Translations under genes and position numbers: made by a program | The notes under the pieces: generated by a model | Database searches by the model: none | What the model was told of the DNA's origin: nothing | Seen by the model: the letters and a program-made list of their open reading frames with translations, nothing else | Origin: an uncultured Planctomycetota bacterium | GTDB lineage: Bacteria > Planctomycetota > Planctomycetia > Gemmatales > Gemmataceae | NCBI GenBank assembly: GCA_963849325.1 | Contig: CAWKHF010000007.1 | Coordinates: 576,001 to 640,000, forward strand | Reading direction: 5' to 3' | Length of the DNA stretch: 64,000 nucleotides | Shown: one piece after another, positions 1-9,631 of the stretch | Layout: each line of letters starts with the position of its first letter | Numbering within the stretch: the stretch's first letter is position 1

Positions 1-90
1 CCGGAAAGATTGACGCCACGACCCGCGCGGCACAGAAGCTGCATTCTCCTCCCCAGGTTCTATTGAGGGCCGAACCAGGGAGGCGCAACC

Positions 91-1568
91 GTGACCAACG
101 CCGTACTAACGCCGGAAAAAACCCGGCGCGAAGCCATCGAGACGGACATCCCCGCTCGGCTGGACCGTCTGCCCTGGAGTCGCTTTCACTGGCTGCTGGT
201 GATCGCCCTGGGCGTCACCTGGATCCTCGACGGCCTGGAAGTCACGGTCGTCGGCTCCATCGGCCCGAGCTTGAAAGAAGCTCAGACGTTGAACCTGAGC
301 GACCGAGAGGTCGGCCTGGCGGGCACGCTCTACCTCGCCGGGGCCATCGGCGGCGCCCTAGTGTTTGGCCATCTGACCGATCGGCTGGGACGGAAGCGCC
401 TGTTCACGATCACGCTGGGCGTCTATCTGGCCGGGGCCGTGCTCACCGCCCTGTCCTGGGAATTCTGGAGCTTCGCTCTCTTTCGCGCCCTGACGGGCAT
501 GGCCATCGGCGGCGAATATTCCGCCATCAATTCCGCCATCGACGAGCTGATCCCTGCACGGGTCCGTGGACGGGTCGATCTGATCGTCAACGGCACCTTC
601 TGGCTCGGCGCGGCGGCGGGGCGCTGGCCAGCCTGGTCCTGGTCAATCCTCATGTCGTCCCTGTGTGGCTGGGTTGGCGTTTGGCCTTCGGCATCGGCGG
701 GCTGGTTGGCCTGGTGATGATCTTCGCCCGTCAATACGTCCCGGAAAGTCCGCGCTGGCTGCTGACGCACGGACAGGCCGAAGAAGCCGAGCGGATCATG
801 GACCAGATCGAGATCATGGCGGTCGGTTCGGACGGCCGCGCCGCCCTGCCGCCGACCCAGCAGCGCTTCACCTTCCGCCCGGTATCCGTCGGCTTCGGCA
901 CCATTCTGCACACCCTGCTCGTCCGCTACCGCAGCCGGGCGATCCTCGGCCTCGTCCTCATCTCCTCCCAGGCGTTTCTCTACAACGGCATCGTCTTCAC
1001 CTATCCGCTGGTGCTCGAAAAGTTCTTCCACGTGCCGGCCCACCAGGCTCCCGGTTATGCCCTGCTGTTCGCCGCCGGCAATTTCTTCGGGCCGCTCCTG
1101 TTGGGTTCCCTCTTCGATTCGGTCGGGCGCCGGATCATGATTAGTGCCACCTACGCGCTGTCGGGAATCCTTATTATCGGCATTCAAATCATGTTCCTGG
1201 CTGGCTGGCTGACGGCCGACACGCAAACGCTCTTGTGGGCGTGTGCCTGTTTCTTCGCCTCGGCGGCGGCCAGTGCGGGGTATCTCACGGTCAGCGAGGT
1301 CTTCCCGCTGGAGATGCGAGCCTTGGCCATCGCCCTGTTCTACGTCCTGGGCACGGCGGTGGGCGGCTTGCTGGCCCCAACGCTGTTCGGCAACTTGATC
1401 GAGACGGGGCGGCCGGGCGCCATCGCCATCGGCTACCTGATCGGCGCCGGTCTGATGATCGCGGCGGCCCTGACCGAGTGGGTGCTGGGAGTGGCGACCG
1501 AGCGGAAATCGCTCGAAGACATCGCCGTTCCGCTCACCTTCGAGGAACCGTCCGGGCAATCGGCGTGA
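91..1568 (+). CDS. MFS transporter (sugar porter / aromatic acid:H+ symporter-like), frameshift near 615-625
   Basis: ORF 91..717 has [12 protein letters not shown] and [11 protein letters not shown] motifs; continues in ORF 63..1568 ([16 protein letters not shown]); joined at a GGCGGGGC run. Confidence 0.9.
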
Positions 1569-3223
1569 GGGGCGGCGACGCCCGGCCCTTCGTTCTTCTC
1601 GAAGCGGCGAGCGAGGACGTGCAAATCGCAGCAAAAGAGATAGACCCGCTCCTGGTCCGGTCCCGGCACGCGCGTCCGGAAGCAGGTACGCCGAATGGCG
1701 TAGGATGCCTTTGGCTCGCCCAGCACGCAGGTCATTTCTCCGGTGTTAGGAGGCGGAGGTTCCGGGCCGAGCGGCACCAGTTCCAACGTCTGGCCCACCA
1801 ACCACAGCCGACCCTCCGCTCGCTCCAGACAGGTCCAATCGATCTGGGCGGGAGAGCACATTTGCTCCGCGAAGGGAAGGAGATGCCAGCGCAGACAATC
1901 GAGGGTGCAGCGCGGAGATTGCCGCAAAACGACCTGGTCCTCCGCACGGAGTTCCCGGCGCAGATGCCGGGCGATGTCCCGCGCCCAAGTCGCTTCCTTG
2001 TCGTGATACGGCCGAAGGCTGTCGCCCACGAGCCCGGCGAGTGCGAGGAAAACGAGCGTGCCGGCCACGAGGGCCGCCCCGCACCGGCGCGCGGTCGGAA
2101 TGGCCGTCAGCCTCTCGATCAAGTCCGTGAGGCCCGACCCCAGAAGCAGACACAGACCGGGCACGAGATGCTGCTCTAACCGTTGGTCTCCCGCGTAGGG
2201 GTAGCGGCGCAGGGCCGCGGCCACGAAGTTCAACGCGAACGGAATCAGGCACAGCCCCAGCAGATCGCGTCGCCCTTGCCGATACAGGGCGCGAGCACCG
2301 AGGACGGCCAGTATCAGTCCCAGCAGGCCGCCGCCGTTGCACTCCACCGGGTAAGAGAGCAGGTGGCCGACGTGGCAGCGGACCACCCAGCCCAGGGCGG
2401 ACAGCGGCTCGCGGGGAAGGAACGCCCCTTTCCAGAACAGGGCCATGTACGGCTTGACAGCGGGCGTCTCGGGGTCGTGGACTTGCCGCCCCACCAACAG
2501 CAAGTGCGCCACGAAGGCCGCGCCGCACAAGACGTTGAAGGCGACGAACCAACGGCGACCGGCTGCTCCGCCCTGCCTCCACACCGTCGGCAACAGCACC
2601 AGACTGACCGCCCCGGCGACGAATACCACCGGATAGGACGCGGCCACGGCGAACGGGATGACCAGGGCCAGCGCGACCAGACACGCCTGGCGATCCGGCG
2701 CACGCAGATAGCGGATGGCCAGAGTCAGGAGCAGCGCGGCGCAGAGCAGGTCGAGGCTATACGGCTTGACGGTCGCCGCCAGGTGGATCGGCGACTGGGC
2801 CACGGCCAGGCACCCCACGGCCAGCGCTGCCGGAAGGGGAGACAGACACCGCCGCGATAGATGCCAAAACAGCATCAACCCCGTCACGCCGGCCAGCAAC
2901 GGCACCAGTCGCAGCAGCGCCGCCGAGCTGCCCAGGTACTGGCAGACCGCTTTCTCCATCCAGAGAAAAAGCAACGGAGCAACCTGGTAGTTATCCAACT
3001 CGCCGAGCAGGCCACGGAAATCGCGGGCGACGAGGTTGAGCGCCAGCGACGCCTCATCGCGCCAGATCGGAAACGACAGCAAGTAAACGTACAGTCGGCA
3101 GGCGATGCCCAGCGCGAATAATCCCAGCCCCAGCCGAAACGCCCAGACGCCCTCCTCCGCGCTACCGGAGAGGGTCTCTCCCTGGACTCCGCCTCGTTTC
3201 CGGCTGGCGAACCATGCCTCCAT
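1433..3223 (-). CDS. GT-C / glycosyltransferase family 39-like polytopic membrane protein
   Basis: WRDEA motif after first TM, APLLF, RLVPLLAG, VKPYS and many TM helices; ATG at 3223 chosen because the upstream ORF part translates palindromic repeats; 3' end overlaps the MFS gene and may be shorter. Confidence 0.7.
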   Translation of the reverse strand: MEAWFASRKRGGVQGETLSGSAEEGVWAFRLGLGLFALGIACRLYVYLLSFPIWRDEASLALNLVARDFRGLLGELDNYQVAPLLFLWMEKAVCQYLGSSAALLRLVPLLAGVTGLMLFWHLSRRCLSPLPAALAVGCLAVAQSPIHLAATVKPYSLDLLCAALLLTLAIRYLRAPDRQACLVALALVIPFAVAASYPVVFVAGAVSLVLLPTVWRQGGAAGRRWFVAFNVLCGAAFVAHLLLVGRQVHDPETPAVKPYMALFWKGAFLPREPLSALGWVVRCHVGHLLSYPVECNGGGLLGLILAVLGARALYRQGRRDLLGLCLIPFALNFVAAALRRYPYAGDQRLEQHLVPGLCLLLGSGLTDLIERLTAIPTARRCGAALVAGTLVFLALAGLVGDSLRPYHDKEATWARDIARHLRRELRAEDQVVLRQSPRCTLDCLRWHLLPFAEQMCSPAQIDWTCLERAEGRLWLVGQTLELVPLGPEPPPPNTGEMTCVLGEPKASYAIRRTCFRTRVPGPDQERVYLFCCDLHVLARRFEKNEGPGVAAPHADCPDGSSKVSGTAMSSSDFRSVATPSTHSVRAAAIIRPAPIR

Positions 3224-3252
3224 GCGGTTTTCCTTCGAGGAAGTGGATCCAA

Positions 3253-3380
3253 CCGAGCCGCGACCGTCAGGGAGCAGGAAATGCCCCCGCTCCCTGACGG
3301 TCGCGGCTCGGACAGCGGACCCAACCGAGCCGCGACCGTCAGGGAGCGGTGCTTTCTCCGCTCCCTGACGGTCGCGGCTC
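3253..3380. repeat. Two tandem REP-like palindromes, family A (GAGCCGCGACCGTCAGGGAGC...GCTCCCTGACGGTCGCGGCTC)
   Basis: Inverted arms of about 23 bp at 3253-3311 and 3327-3380. Confidence 0.95.
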
Positions 3381-3511
3381 TGGAAGGATGGCCAGGACCG
3401 TATTTTTCTTCGGCTGCCCATTTCCCGATGCTCCACCCTTTTTCGACGCGGACGATGGAACGCGCGGCGACGGCGCAAGATAGGGAAGCGACGGGATGTC
3501 GTTGGTTGAGG

Positions 3512-4174
3512 CTAGGGGATCTTTTCGGCTTTCTGGTAGCGCAGACGATAGATGGGTTTGCCCTGTTGGCGGAATTTTCGCTCGAAGTTCGTGAGATAAT
3601 CGAGATCGTGTGCCGGCTCGTGCGCCTGCGGCGGCGGCAGTTCGCGCAGTGCCGGCTGCGCGGCCAGCAGTTCGGCCATCACTCGTGCGTATTCCTCCAC
3701 GTCGGTGACGGCGTGTAGATGTCCGCCCGTCCGGAGGATGCGTGTACACTCGGCCACGAACTCGGCGGTGAAGACGCGGCGTTTGTGATGACGTTTCTTC
3801 CACCACGGGTCGGGGAAATAGACGTGGACCGTTTGCAGGGATGCCGGCGCCACAAATTGCGGCAAAAACAAACGCACATCGGCACAGGCGACGCGGACGT
3901 TTCGCAGACCGCGCTTGGCCAGCCGCGTCGCCGTGAACAGTTGGTATTTGCGGACGATTTCGATGCCGGCGAAGTTGACGTCCGGCCGCGCCTGCGCGGC
4001 GGTGAGGAGAAACAACCCCTTGCCGAAGCCGACTTCCAACTCGACGGGATGGTCGTTGCCGAACACCTCGCTCCAGTCCAGCGGCGCCGGCGCCGGGCCG
4101 GACGAGGCGAGCGAAGGCACGTTCAGGAGATAGGGGGCGAGTTCCTCCAGGGGCAGACGGGGACCGCGGCGCAC
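3512..4174 (-). CDS. trmB: tRNA (guanine-N7)-methyltransferase
   Basis: ELEVGFGKG, GIEI, YFPDPWWKKRHHKRR, TD, TNFERKF motifs. Confidence 0.95.
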   Translation of the reverse strand: MRRGPRLPLEELAPYLLNVPSLASSGPAPAPLDWSEVFGNDHPVELEVGFGKGLFLLTAAQARPDVNFAGIEIVRKYQLFTATRLAKRGLRNVRVACADVRLFLPQFVAPASLQTVHVYFPDPWWKKRHHKRRVFTAEFVAECTRILRTGGHLHAVTDVEEYARVMAELLAAQPALRELPPPQAHEPAHDLDYLTNFERKFRQQGKPIYRLRYQKAEKIP

Positions 4175-4176
4175 GC

Positions 4177-4692
4177 TCAGGCCTCCTCGGCGCCGGCGGC
4201 GGCCTCGGTTGGGCGGACGAGCGGCACGCCGATGATGTCGGCGTGGAACACCATGGTCGAGCCGACGAACCCTTGCACGTTGAAAATGGTCTTCCGCGAG
4301 TGCATCTTGGTCCCCTTACACACGAGGATGAGACGATCGCCCGGCCGAACCGGTCCGCGGAAGCGCACGTTCTCCAGGCCGCCGAAGCCGAGAAAATCGC
4401 CCTGCATCAGGCCATTCGTCTTGATGTAGTACGAACAAAGCTGCGCCGCCGCCTCGCACATCAGGACGCCCGGCATGAGCGGATAACCCGGCATGTGGCC
4501 GCGAACCCAGAACTCATTCGCCGTCACGTCCTTGTAGCCGACGATCAAATTCCGGCTCGTATCGACGTACACGATGGCGGTCAACTGCTCCATCTCAAAG
4601 CGCTGCGGATTGACCCGTTCAATCTCTTCGCGCCCCGCCAGCACCCGACTGAGATCCAGCTGGGATGGATCGAAGTGTAATTCCGGAGGCAT
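4177..4692 (-). CDS. fabZ: 3-hydroxyacyl-ACP dehydratase (FabZ/FabA hotdog family)
   Basis: NPQRFEM, GHMPGYPLMPGVLMCEAAAQ, FRGPVRPGD; GAGGAG RBS before ATG 4692. Confidence 0.85.
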   Translation of the reverse strand: MPPELHFDPSQLDLSRVLAGREEIERVNPQRFEMEQLTAIVYVDTSRNLIVGYKDVTANEFWVRGHMPGYPLMPGVLMCEAAAQLCSYYIKTNGLMQGDFLGFGGLENVRFRGPVRPGDRLILVCKGTKMHSRKTIFNVQGFVGSTMVFHADIIGVPLVRPTEAAAGAEEA

Positions 4693-4706
4693 CGCCCACT
4701 CCTCAA

Positions 4707-4794
4707 AGTTCTGAGTTCTGAGTTCTGAGTTCTGAGTGAAAAACAATACCGCTTGTTTCTTTCACTCAGAACTCAGAACTCAGAACTCAGAACT
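4707..4794. repeat. Inverted heptamer tandem cassette (AGTTCTG)4 ... (CAGAACT)4
   Basis: Read directly from sequence; arms extend into AGTGAAA/TTTCACT. Confidence 0.95.
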
Positions 4795-4800
4795 GCATTT

Positions 4801-5754
4801 TCAGCCGATCACGTCGGCGATCTGGCTCAATTCGGTCAATAACACATCGGGGCGGCTGGCAGGCTCTTTCAACTGGTCGGCCGTGGCTTGCAAGGAGGTT
4901 CGGTCTCCCGCGAACAGTGCCGTGCGCATGCCCAGTCGCCGAGCCGGCACCAGGTCGTGCGCGATGCTGGTGCCAACGTGCAGGACTTCGCTTGGCGAGA
5001 TCTCTTGCTGGTTGAGGGCGGTCATGGCATTGCGGAACAGCCGTTCCGACGGCTTGCGGCCCCGGATTTCATGGGAGAGGAAGACCAGATCCTTGTCCAG
5101 CACCTTGTCGAGGACGATGTCGCTATCCTGCGCGGCCAGGCCGCGCTGGATCTGCATGCGCGTGAAGCATTGGCCGTCCGCCAGCAATCCCTGCTTGAGG
5201 CGCTTCTTGACCACCAGACGCAGGGCGTCGGCGGCGCCGTCGTAGCAGGCGGTGCCCTGCAAGCTGGCGTGGAAGAAGTAAGCCACCTTGCGGCTGAACT
5301 CGTTGAGCGAGCCGAAGAAGTTGGCGTCGAATTTGTAATCCTTGTGGAAGAGCTTCTTGATGAGCGCTTCCCAGACGCGATCGGAGCCGACCTCGGGATA
5401 TTTCTCGGTGCCGCCGGGGACGGCGCGATGCTCGGTCAGCACCTGCGTGTACAGTTGCTTCATGTAGTCGGCGGGCTGGCCGGGCTTGCGCGACATCGAC
5501 GACCACATTTTGTATTCCTGGATCGTCTTGTCCAGGGCCACACCCATGACGAACGCTTGCGGATGCTCGAACCACAATTCGCCGCCGGCGAGGCGCACCA
5601 AGGTGCCGTAGACGTTCCACAAGACGGCGCGCACTTGCGGCAGGCGCACCAGATGCGGCCGGGCCTTGGGCGGGTCCGCCTCGGGAGGGACCGGCCAGAC
5701 CAGATCGTTGCGTGTGTCGAGGTAAGCCGCGTACTGTTCCAGCGTCAGGGCCAT
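4801..5754 (-). CDS. HAD-superfamily hydrolase-like protein (degenerate catalytic motifs)
   Basis: VLWNVYGTL (motif I Asp replaced by Asn), RKPSERLF, LHVGTSIAHDLVPARRLGMRT. Confidence 0.75.
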   Translation of the reverse strand: MALTLEQYAAYLDTRNDLVWPVPPEADPPKARPHLVRLPQVRAVLWNVYGTLVRLAGGELWFEHPQAFVMGVALDKTIQEYKMWSSMSRKPGQPADYMKQLYTQVLTEHRAVPGGTEKYPEVGSDRVWEALIKKLFHKDYKFDANFFGSLNEFSRKVAYFFHASLQGTACYDGAADALRLVVKKRLKQGLLADGQCFTRMQIQRGLAAQDSDIVLDKVLDKDLVFLSHEIRGRKPSERLFRNAMTALNQQEISPSEVLHVGTSIAHDLVPARRLGMRTALFAGDRTSLQATADQLKEPASRPDVLLTELSQIADVIG

Positions 5755-6042
5755 GCGATCCCCGTCTGCGCGTCCACAAATGAACTAGCAACAAGCTAAC
5801 AGGTGAGGTAGGCGCGTGCAAGGGACGCACGAGGAACGGTTCGGCGACAACGGTGCGCGGATTCTTCATCCCTTCGAGCTGTCGAGGACGGAGATGCACC
5901 TCGGCGGCATCGCTCCGGTACATGCGATCTCGGACAAGGAGGCCGGCGAGTCGGCTATGCTCCCTGAAGCCGGCGAATGCTCTTCCGGATCGGAGCGCCG
6001 CGTGCCATGATGACGGCGACTCGGACAGAGAAAGGAGAGATC

Positions 6043-6514
6043 ATGAGTGATGCGGCGTGGATGCGGCAGGCCATCGACAAGGCGCTGGAGGGCATAGCGG
6101 CCGGACAGTCGCCGTTCGGGGCCGCGATCGTTCGCTGCGGCCGATTGGTCTGCGCCGCCCACAACACCGTCTGGCGCGACACCGATCCGACGGCCCACGC
6201 CGAGATCAACGCCATCCGTCAGGCGGCGGAACAGCTCGGCACGATCGCATTACGGGGTTGTGAGATGTTCACCACCTGCGAACCGTGTCCGATGTGTCTG
6301 TCGGCCCTCCACTGGGCCAAGATGGATCGTGTGGTCTTCGGCGCCGTTATCGCCGACGCGGACGCCGCCGGTTTTTCCGAACTGAAGATGCCGGCGTCGG
6401 TCCTCGCCGCCACGGCCGGCAGTCCGCTCCGCGTCGAGGGCGGTCTGCTGGCGGTTGAGTGTCGAGAGGTGTTCCAGGCGCTGGCGGATGACGCCCGGAG
6501 CGCGAGCGTACTCA
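6043..6514 (+). CDS. Nucleoside/guanine deaminase (cytidine-deaminase fold); C-terminus disturbed by an indel near 6480, end approximate
   Basis: PFGAAIV, DPTAHAEINAIR, CEPCPMC zinc motifs; AAGGAG RBS; first gene of purine salvage operon. Confidence 0.85.
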
Positions 6515-6542
6515 GCGCCGCCTGCCGGCGAGGGAGGACGCG

Positions 6543-7097
6543 ATGGTCCGCGACGTCACCGCACCACACCGAATCCGCCGCCTCCTCTCCGAGCAACAAC
6601 TGGCCGAGCGCGTCGAGGAACTCGCTCGGCAAATCTCGGCGGACTATGCCGGCAAACATCCGCTCCTCGTCGGCGTCCTCAAGGGCGCTTGGGTGTTCCT
6701 GGCCGACCTGGTGCGCCGCCTGACCATCCCGGTTCACTGTGACTTCGTCAAGCTGTCCAGTTACGGCGCCGGCACCACATCAACCGGCGAGGTACGGCTC
6801 CACCTCGACCTGCGCCTGCCTGTCGAGGACCAGGACGTTCTCATTGTCGAAGACATCATCGACACGGGAACCTGCGTCCTGTGGCTGCTCGATCATCTGC
6901 AGCAGAAGAAGCCGGCCAGCATCCGCGTCTGCGCTCTGCTCGACAAACCAGCCCGGCGAATAAATTCTATCCCGATTGATTATGTCGGCTTTACCATCGA
7001 CGATCATTTTGTGGTTGGCTACGGCATCGACTGGAACGAGCGGTATCGAGAATTGCCCTACGTTGGCTACGTCCTCAACGGAGGAGGAGCGCCATGA
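6543..7097 (+). CDS. hpt: Hypoxanthine phosphoribosyltransferase
   Basis: VGVLKGA, VLIVEDIIDTG, LLDKP, FVVGYGID, YRELPY. Confidence 0.95.
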   Translation: MVRDVTAPHRIRRLLSEQQLAERVEELARQISADYAGKHPLLVGVLKGAWVFLADLVRRLTIPVHCDFVKLSSYGAGTTSTGEVRLHLDLRLPVEDQDVLIVEDIIDTGTCVLWLLDHLQQKKPASIRVCALLDKPARRINSIPIDYVGFTIDDHFVVGYGIDWNERYRELPYVGYVLNGGGAP

Positions 7098-8860
7098 CGA
7101 CCCGAACGAAGACGACAAAAGCCGGTGGCAACGCGGTGAGCCTGGAAAGGATGCAGCGGCGCATCCGGGTGGCGCAGGGCGAGGAATCCGGCGACCTCCT
7201 GCTCCTTGGCGGCCAGGTGGTCAACGTCTTCACCGGCCGAATCGATCCGGCGAACGTGGTGCTCGCCGATGGCTGGATCGCCGGCGTTGGCCCCTATGAG
7301 TGGACGGCGCGCGAGACGATCGACCTGCGCGGCCGAGCCGTGCTGCCGGGGTTGATCGATTCGCACATGCACCTGGAGAGCACGCTGCTGACGCCGGCGG
7401 AACTGGCTCGGCTGATCGTGCCGCACGGGACGACAGCTACCATCTCCGACTCTCACGAGGTCGGCAACGTCCTCGGCGTACAGGGCATTGAGCGGTTGAT
7501 TGCCGCCAGTGAGGGCTTGCCGTTCGATCTGTTTTTCGTCGCGTCGTCGTGCGTGCCGGCGGCGGCCTGGGAAGACGCGGGTGCCGTTATCGGTCCCGCG
7601 GAGGTGGCGCAGCTGCTCGACCATCCGCGCGTCCTCGGACTGGCCGAGATGATGGACGTGCCCGCGATCCTGCGCGGCGACAGTGGGGCGCTGGAGAAAG
7701 TCCGTGCGGCGCAGCTCGGCGGCCGTGTCGTCGATGGCCACGCCCCCGCGATGAGCGGACGCGATCTGATGGCCTACGTCTCCGCCGGCATCCGCTCCGA
7801 CCACGAATCCGGCACGGTTGAGGAGGCCCGCGCCAAGGCTGGCTGGGGTATGCTCGTCCAGGTCCGCGAAGGTTCGATCGCCCGCAATCTTGACGCCCTG
7901 CTGCCGCTCCTCGTCTCCGGCGAGTTGGGTGACGACTGGACGCTGGTGACCGACGATGTCCTGCCCGTGGACCTCCGCGCGCACGGTCATCTCGACGGTC
8001 TGCTACGCCGCGTGGTGGCGGTCGGCGTCCCGCCGGCCGTCGCTGTGCGCCATGCTTCGCTGACACCCGCACGTCACTACGGCCTGGCCGATCGCGGCGC
8101 CGTCGCGCCCGGCTACCGGGCCGACCTCGCCGTTGTCGAAGACCTGCGCGATTTCCGCACGCACGTCGTCATCAAGAATGGCGCGGTGGTGGCCCGTGAC
8201 GGCGCCTTCATCGGCGCTTTGCCGTCGCGTCCCATTCCCTGCGAGAACACGATCCATCTGCCGCCGCTGGACGAATCGACCTTCCAGCTGCGTCTGTCCT
8301 CCTCATCCGTCCCCGTGATTCGCATCCAGCCGGGCTTGCTGGTAACGCGCGCGGAGACGCAGCAGGTGAAGCCGATCGAGGGACGTTGGCGCTGGGAGCC
8401 GGGCCGCGACGTGCTTCTGATCGCCAGCATCGAGCGGCACAAGGCGATGGGGCGAGTCGGACTTGGCCTAGTCGCCGGCTTCGGTCTGCGCCGGCCGGGC
8501 GCCCTTGGATCGTCGGTGGCCCACGATTCCCACAATCTCCTCTGCGCCGGCACCAACCCGCGCGACCTGCTCACCTGTGCCCGCGCTCTCGCCGAGAGCG
8601 GCGGCGGTTTCGTGGTGGCGTCGGGCGGCGAGGTCCGGGCGCGGTTGCCGCTGCCCCTGGCCGGACTGCTGTCTCTGGAGAGTGCGGATACAGTGTGCCG
8701 TCAGCTCGAAGAGGTCGAACGCGCCGCCGGAGCGCTCGGCTGCGAAGTGCCCTGTCCCTTCGGCGTCCTGTCGTTCCTCGCCCTGTCGGTCATCCCGGAG
8801 CTGCGCATCACGGATCAAGGATTATGGGACGTAGTTAGGCAGCACTTTGTCAAACTGTGA
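7094..8860 (+). CDS. ade: Adenine deaminase
   Basis: PGLIDSHMHLES, DGHAP, SDHE, REGS, TDD, SSVAHDSHN, LSVIPELRITD; ATGA overlap with hpt. Confidence 0.95.
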   Translation: MTTRTKTTKAGGNAVSLERMQRRIRVAQGEESGDLLLLGGQVVNVFTGRIDPANVVLADGWIAGVGPYEWTARETIDLRGRAVLPGLIDSHMHLESTLLTPAELARLIVPHGTTATISDSHEVGNVLGVQGIERLIAASEGLPFDLFFVASSCVPAAAWEDAGAVIGPAEVAQLLDHPRVLGLAEMMDVPAILRGDSGALEKVRAAQLGGRVVDGHAPAMSGRDLMAYVSAGIRSDHESGTVEEARAKAGWGMLVQVREGSIARNLDALLPLLVSGELGDDWTLVTDDVLPVDLRAHGHLDGLLRRVVAVGVPPAVAVRHASLTPARHYGLADRGAVAPGYRADLAVVEDLRDFRTHVVIKNGAVVARDGAFIGALPSRPIPCENTIHLPPLDESTFQLRLSSSSVPVIRIQPGLLVTRAETQQVKPIEGRWRWEPGRDVLLIASIERHKAMGRVGLGLVAGFGLRRPGALGSSVAHDSHNLLCAGTNPRDLLTCARALAESGGGFVVASGGEVRARLPLPLAGLLSLESADTVCRQLEEVERAAGALGCEVPCPFGVLSFLALSVIPELRITDQGLWDVVRQHFVKL

Positions 8861-8977
8861 TCGGCGGGCGCGGGGAACGACCGCTTCAAGCCGATCGCGT
8901 AACCGACCACGGATTCGACGATCCGTATGAAAGACACGAGTTCCGCGCTGCCCATCGAGCCGGCTGGCGAATCGAAC

Positions 8978-9543
8978 CTATGGTGGAGAGAATATGTCGT
9001 CAATAGCGATACGCCATCCGGGCGCGGCTGGCTCCGCTTCGGCGATATCGCCACGCCGATAGATCGCCGCTTGCGTCGGAGACGTGGGCCGATAAACCGC
9101 GATCGTTTCCGCTTGCGGATCAACGTCCCAGACGACCGACGTGCCAGCCGCGAAGTAATCGGCGCGTTTCGCCGCCATCTCCGTTTCCGCCGCGGGACCG
9201 TAATCGTTTTCGCTGCGCACCTCGACGGCGAACGTCGGCGCTCCCTCAATAAAGCGCATCCGGTTGGGCGGCCGCGCCCGACGTAATAGGAAGCATCCGG
9301 GGAGAACGATTCACGTCCCGAAGGAAGTTCGGGGATGGTGAAGCCGATGCCATCCGGGTAAGCAACCCCCTGACCCGATGCCCGAGCATAGGCTCGCAGA
9401 CTCACGGCGATTTCAAACGCCACGATGCTCGGTAGATCTCCAGAGGCCATGAAACGAACGATCCTCCCACCGATGAGTTCGGCCTTACTCTCTTCTCGAT
9501 AGAGATCGTCCAGAGTGGCCCGCGATGCGGAAATCGATGGCAT
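8978..9543 (-). CDS. Uma2 family (PD-(D/E)XK) endonuclease, frameshift near 9270
   Basis: KAELIGGRIV, SPDASY, then GAPTFAVEVRS, KRADYFAAGTSVVWDVDP in the second frame. Confidence 0.88.
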
Positions 9544-9631
9544 GGAAGCGCACTCCTGATTGCTTCGTTCTCCTTCTTGTCCTGATGTTATCCTATCGCG
9601 CGGGGGTGCCTCCAGGTCATCGCACCATTTG

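Noticed and set aside
3224-3478. N-terminal extension of the GT-C ORF with LPDGRGS repeats (similarly TQNSELR, RKGAKNAK and HGKHG peptides in other ORFs)
   Set aside because: These are translations of intergenic DNA palindromes or tandem arrays
5755-6042. Purine riboswitch upstream of the salvage operon
   Set aside because: No match to the purine aptamer core and no terminator platform visible
8978-9543. Uma2 gene as a defence island or mobile element
   Set aside because: Solitary, with no flanking repeats or partner genes; such genes are commonly scattered in planctomycete genomes
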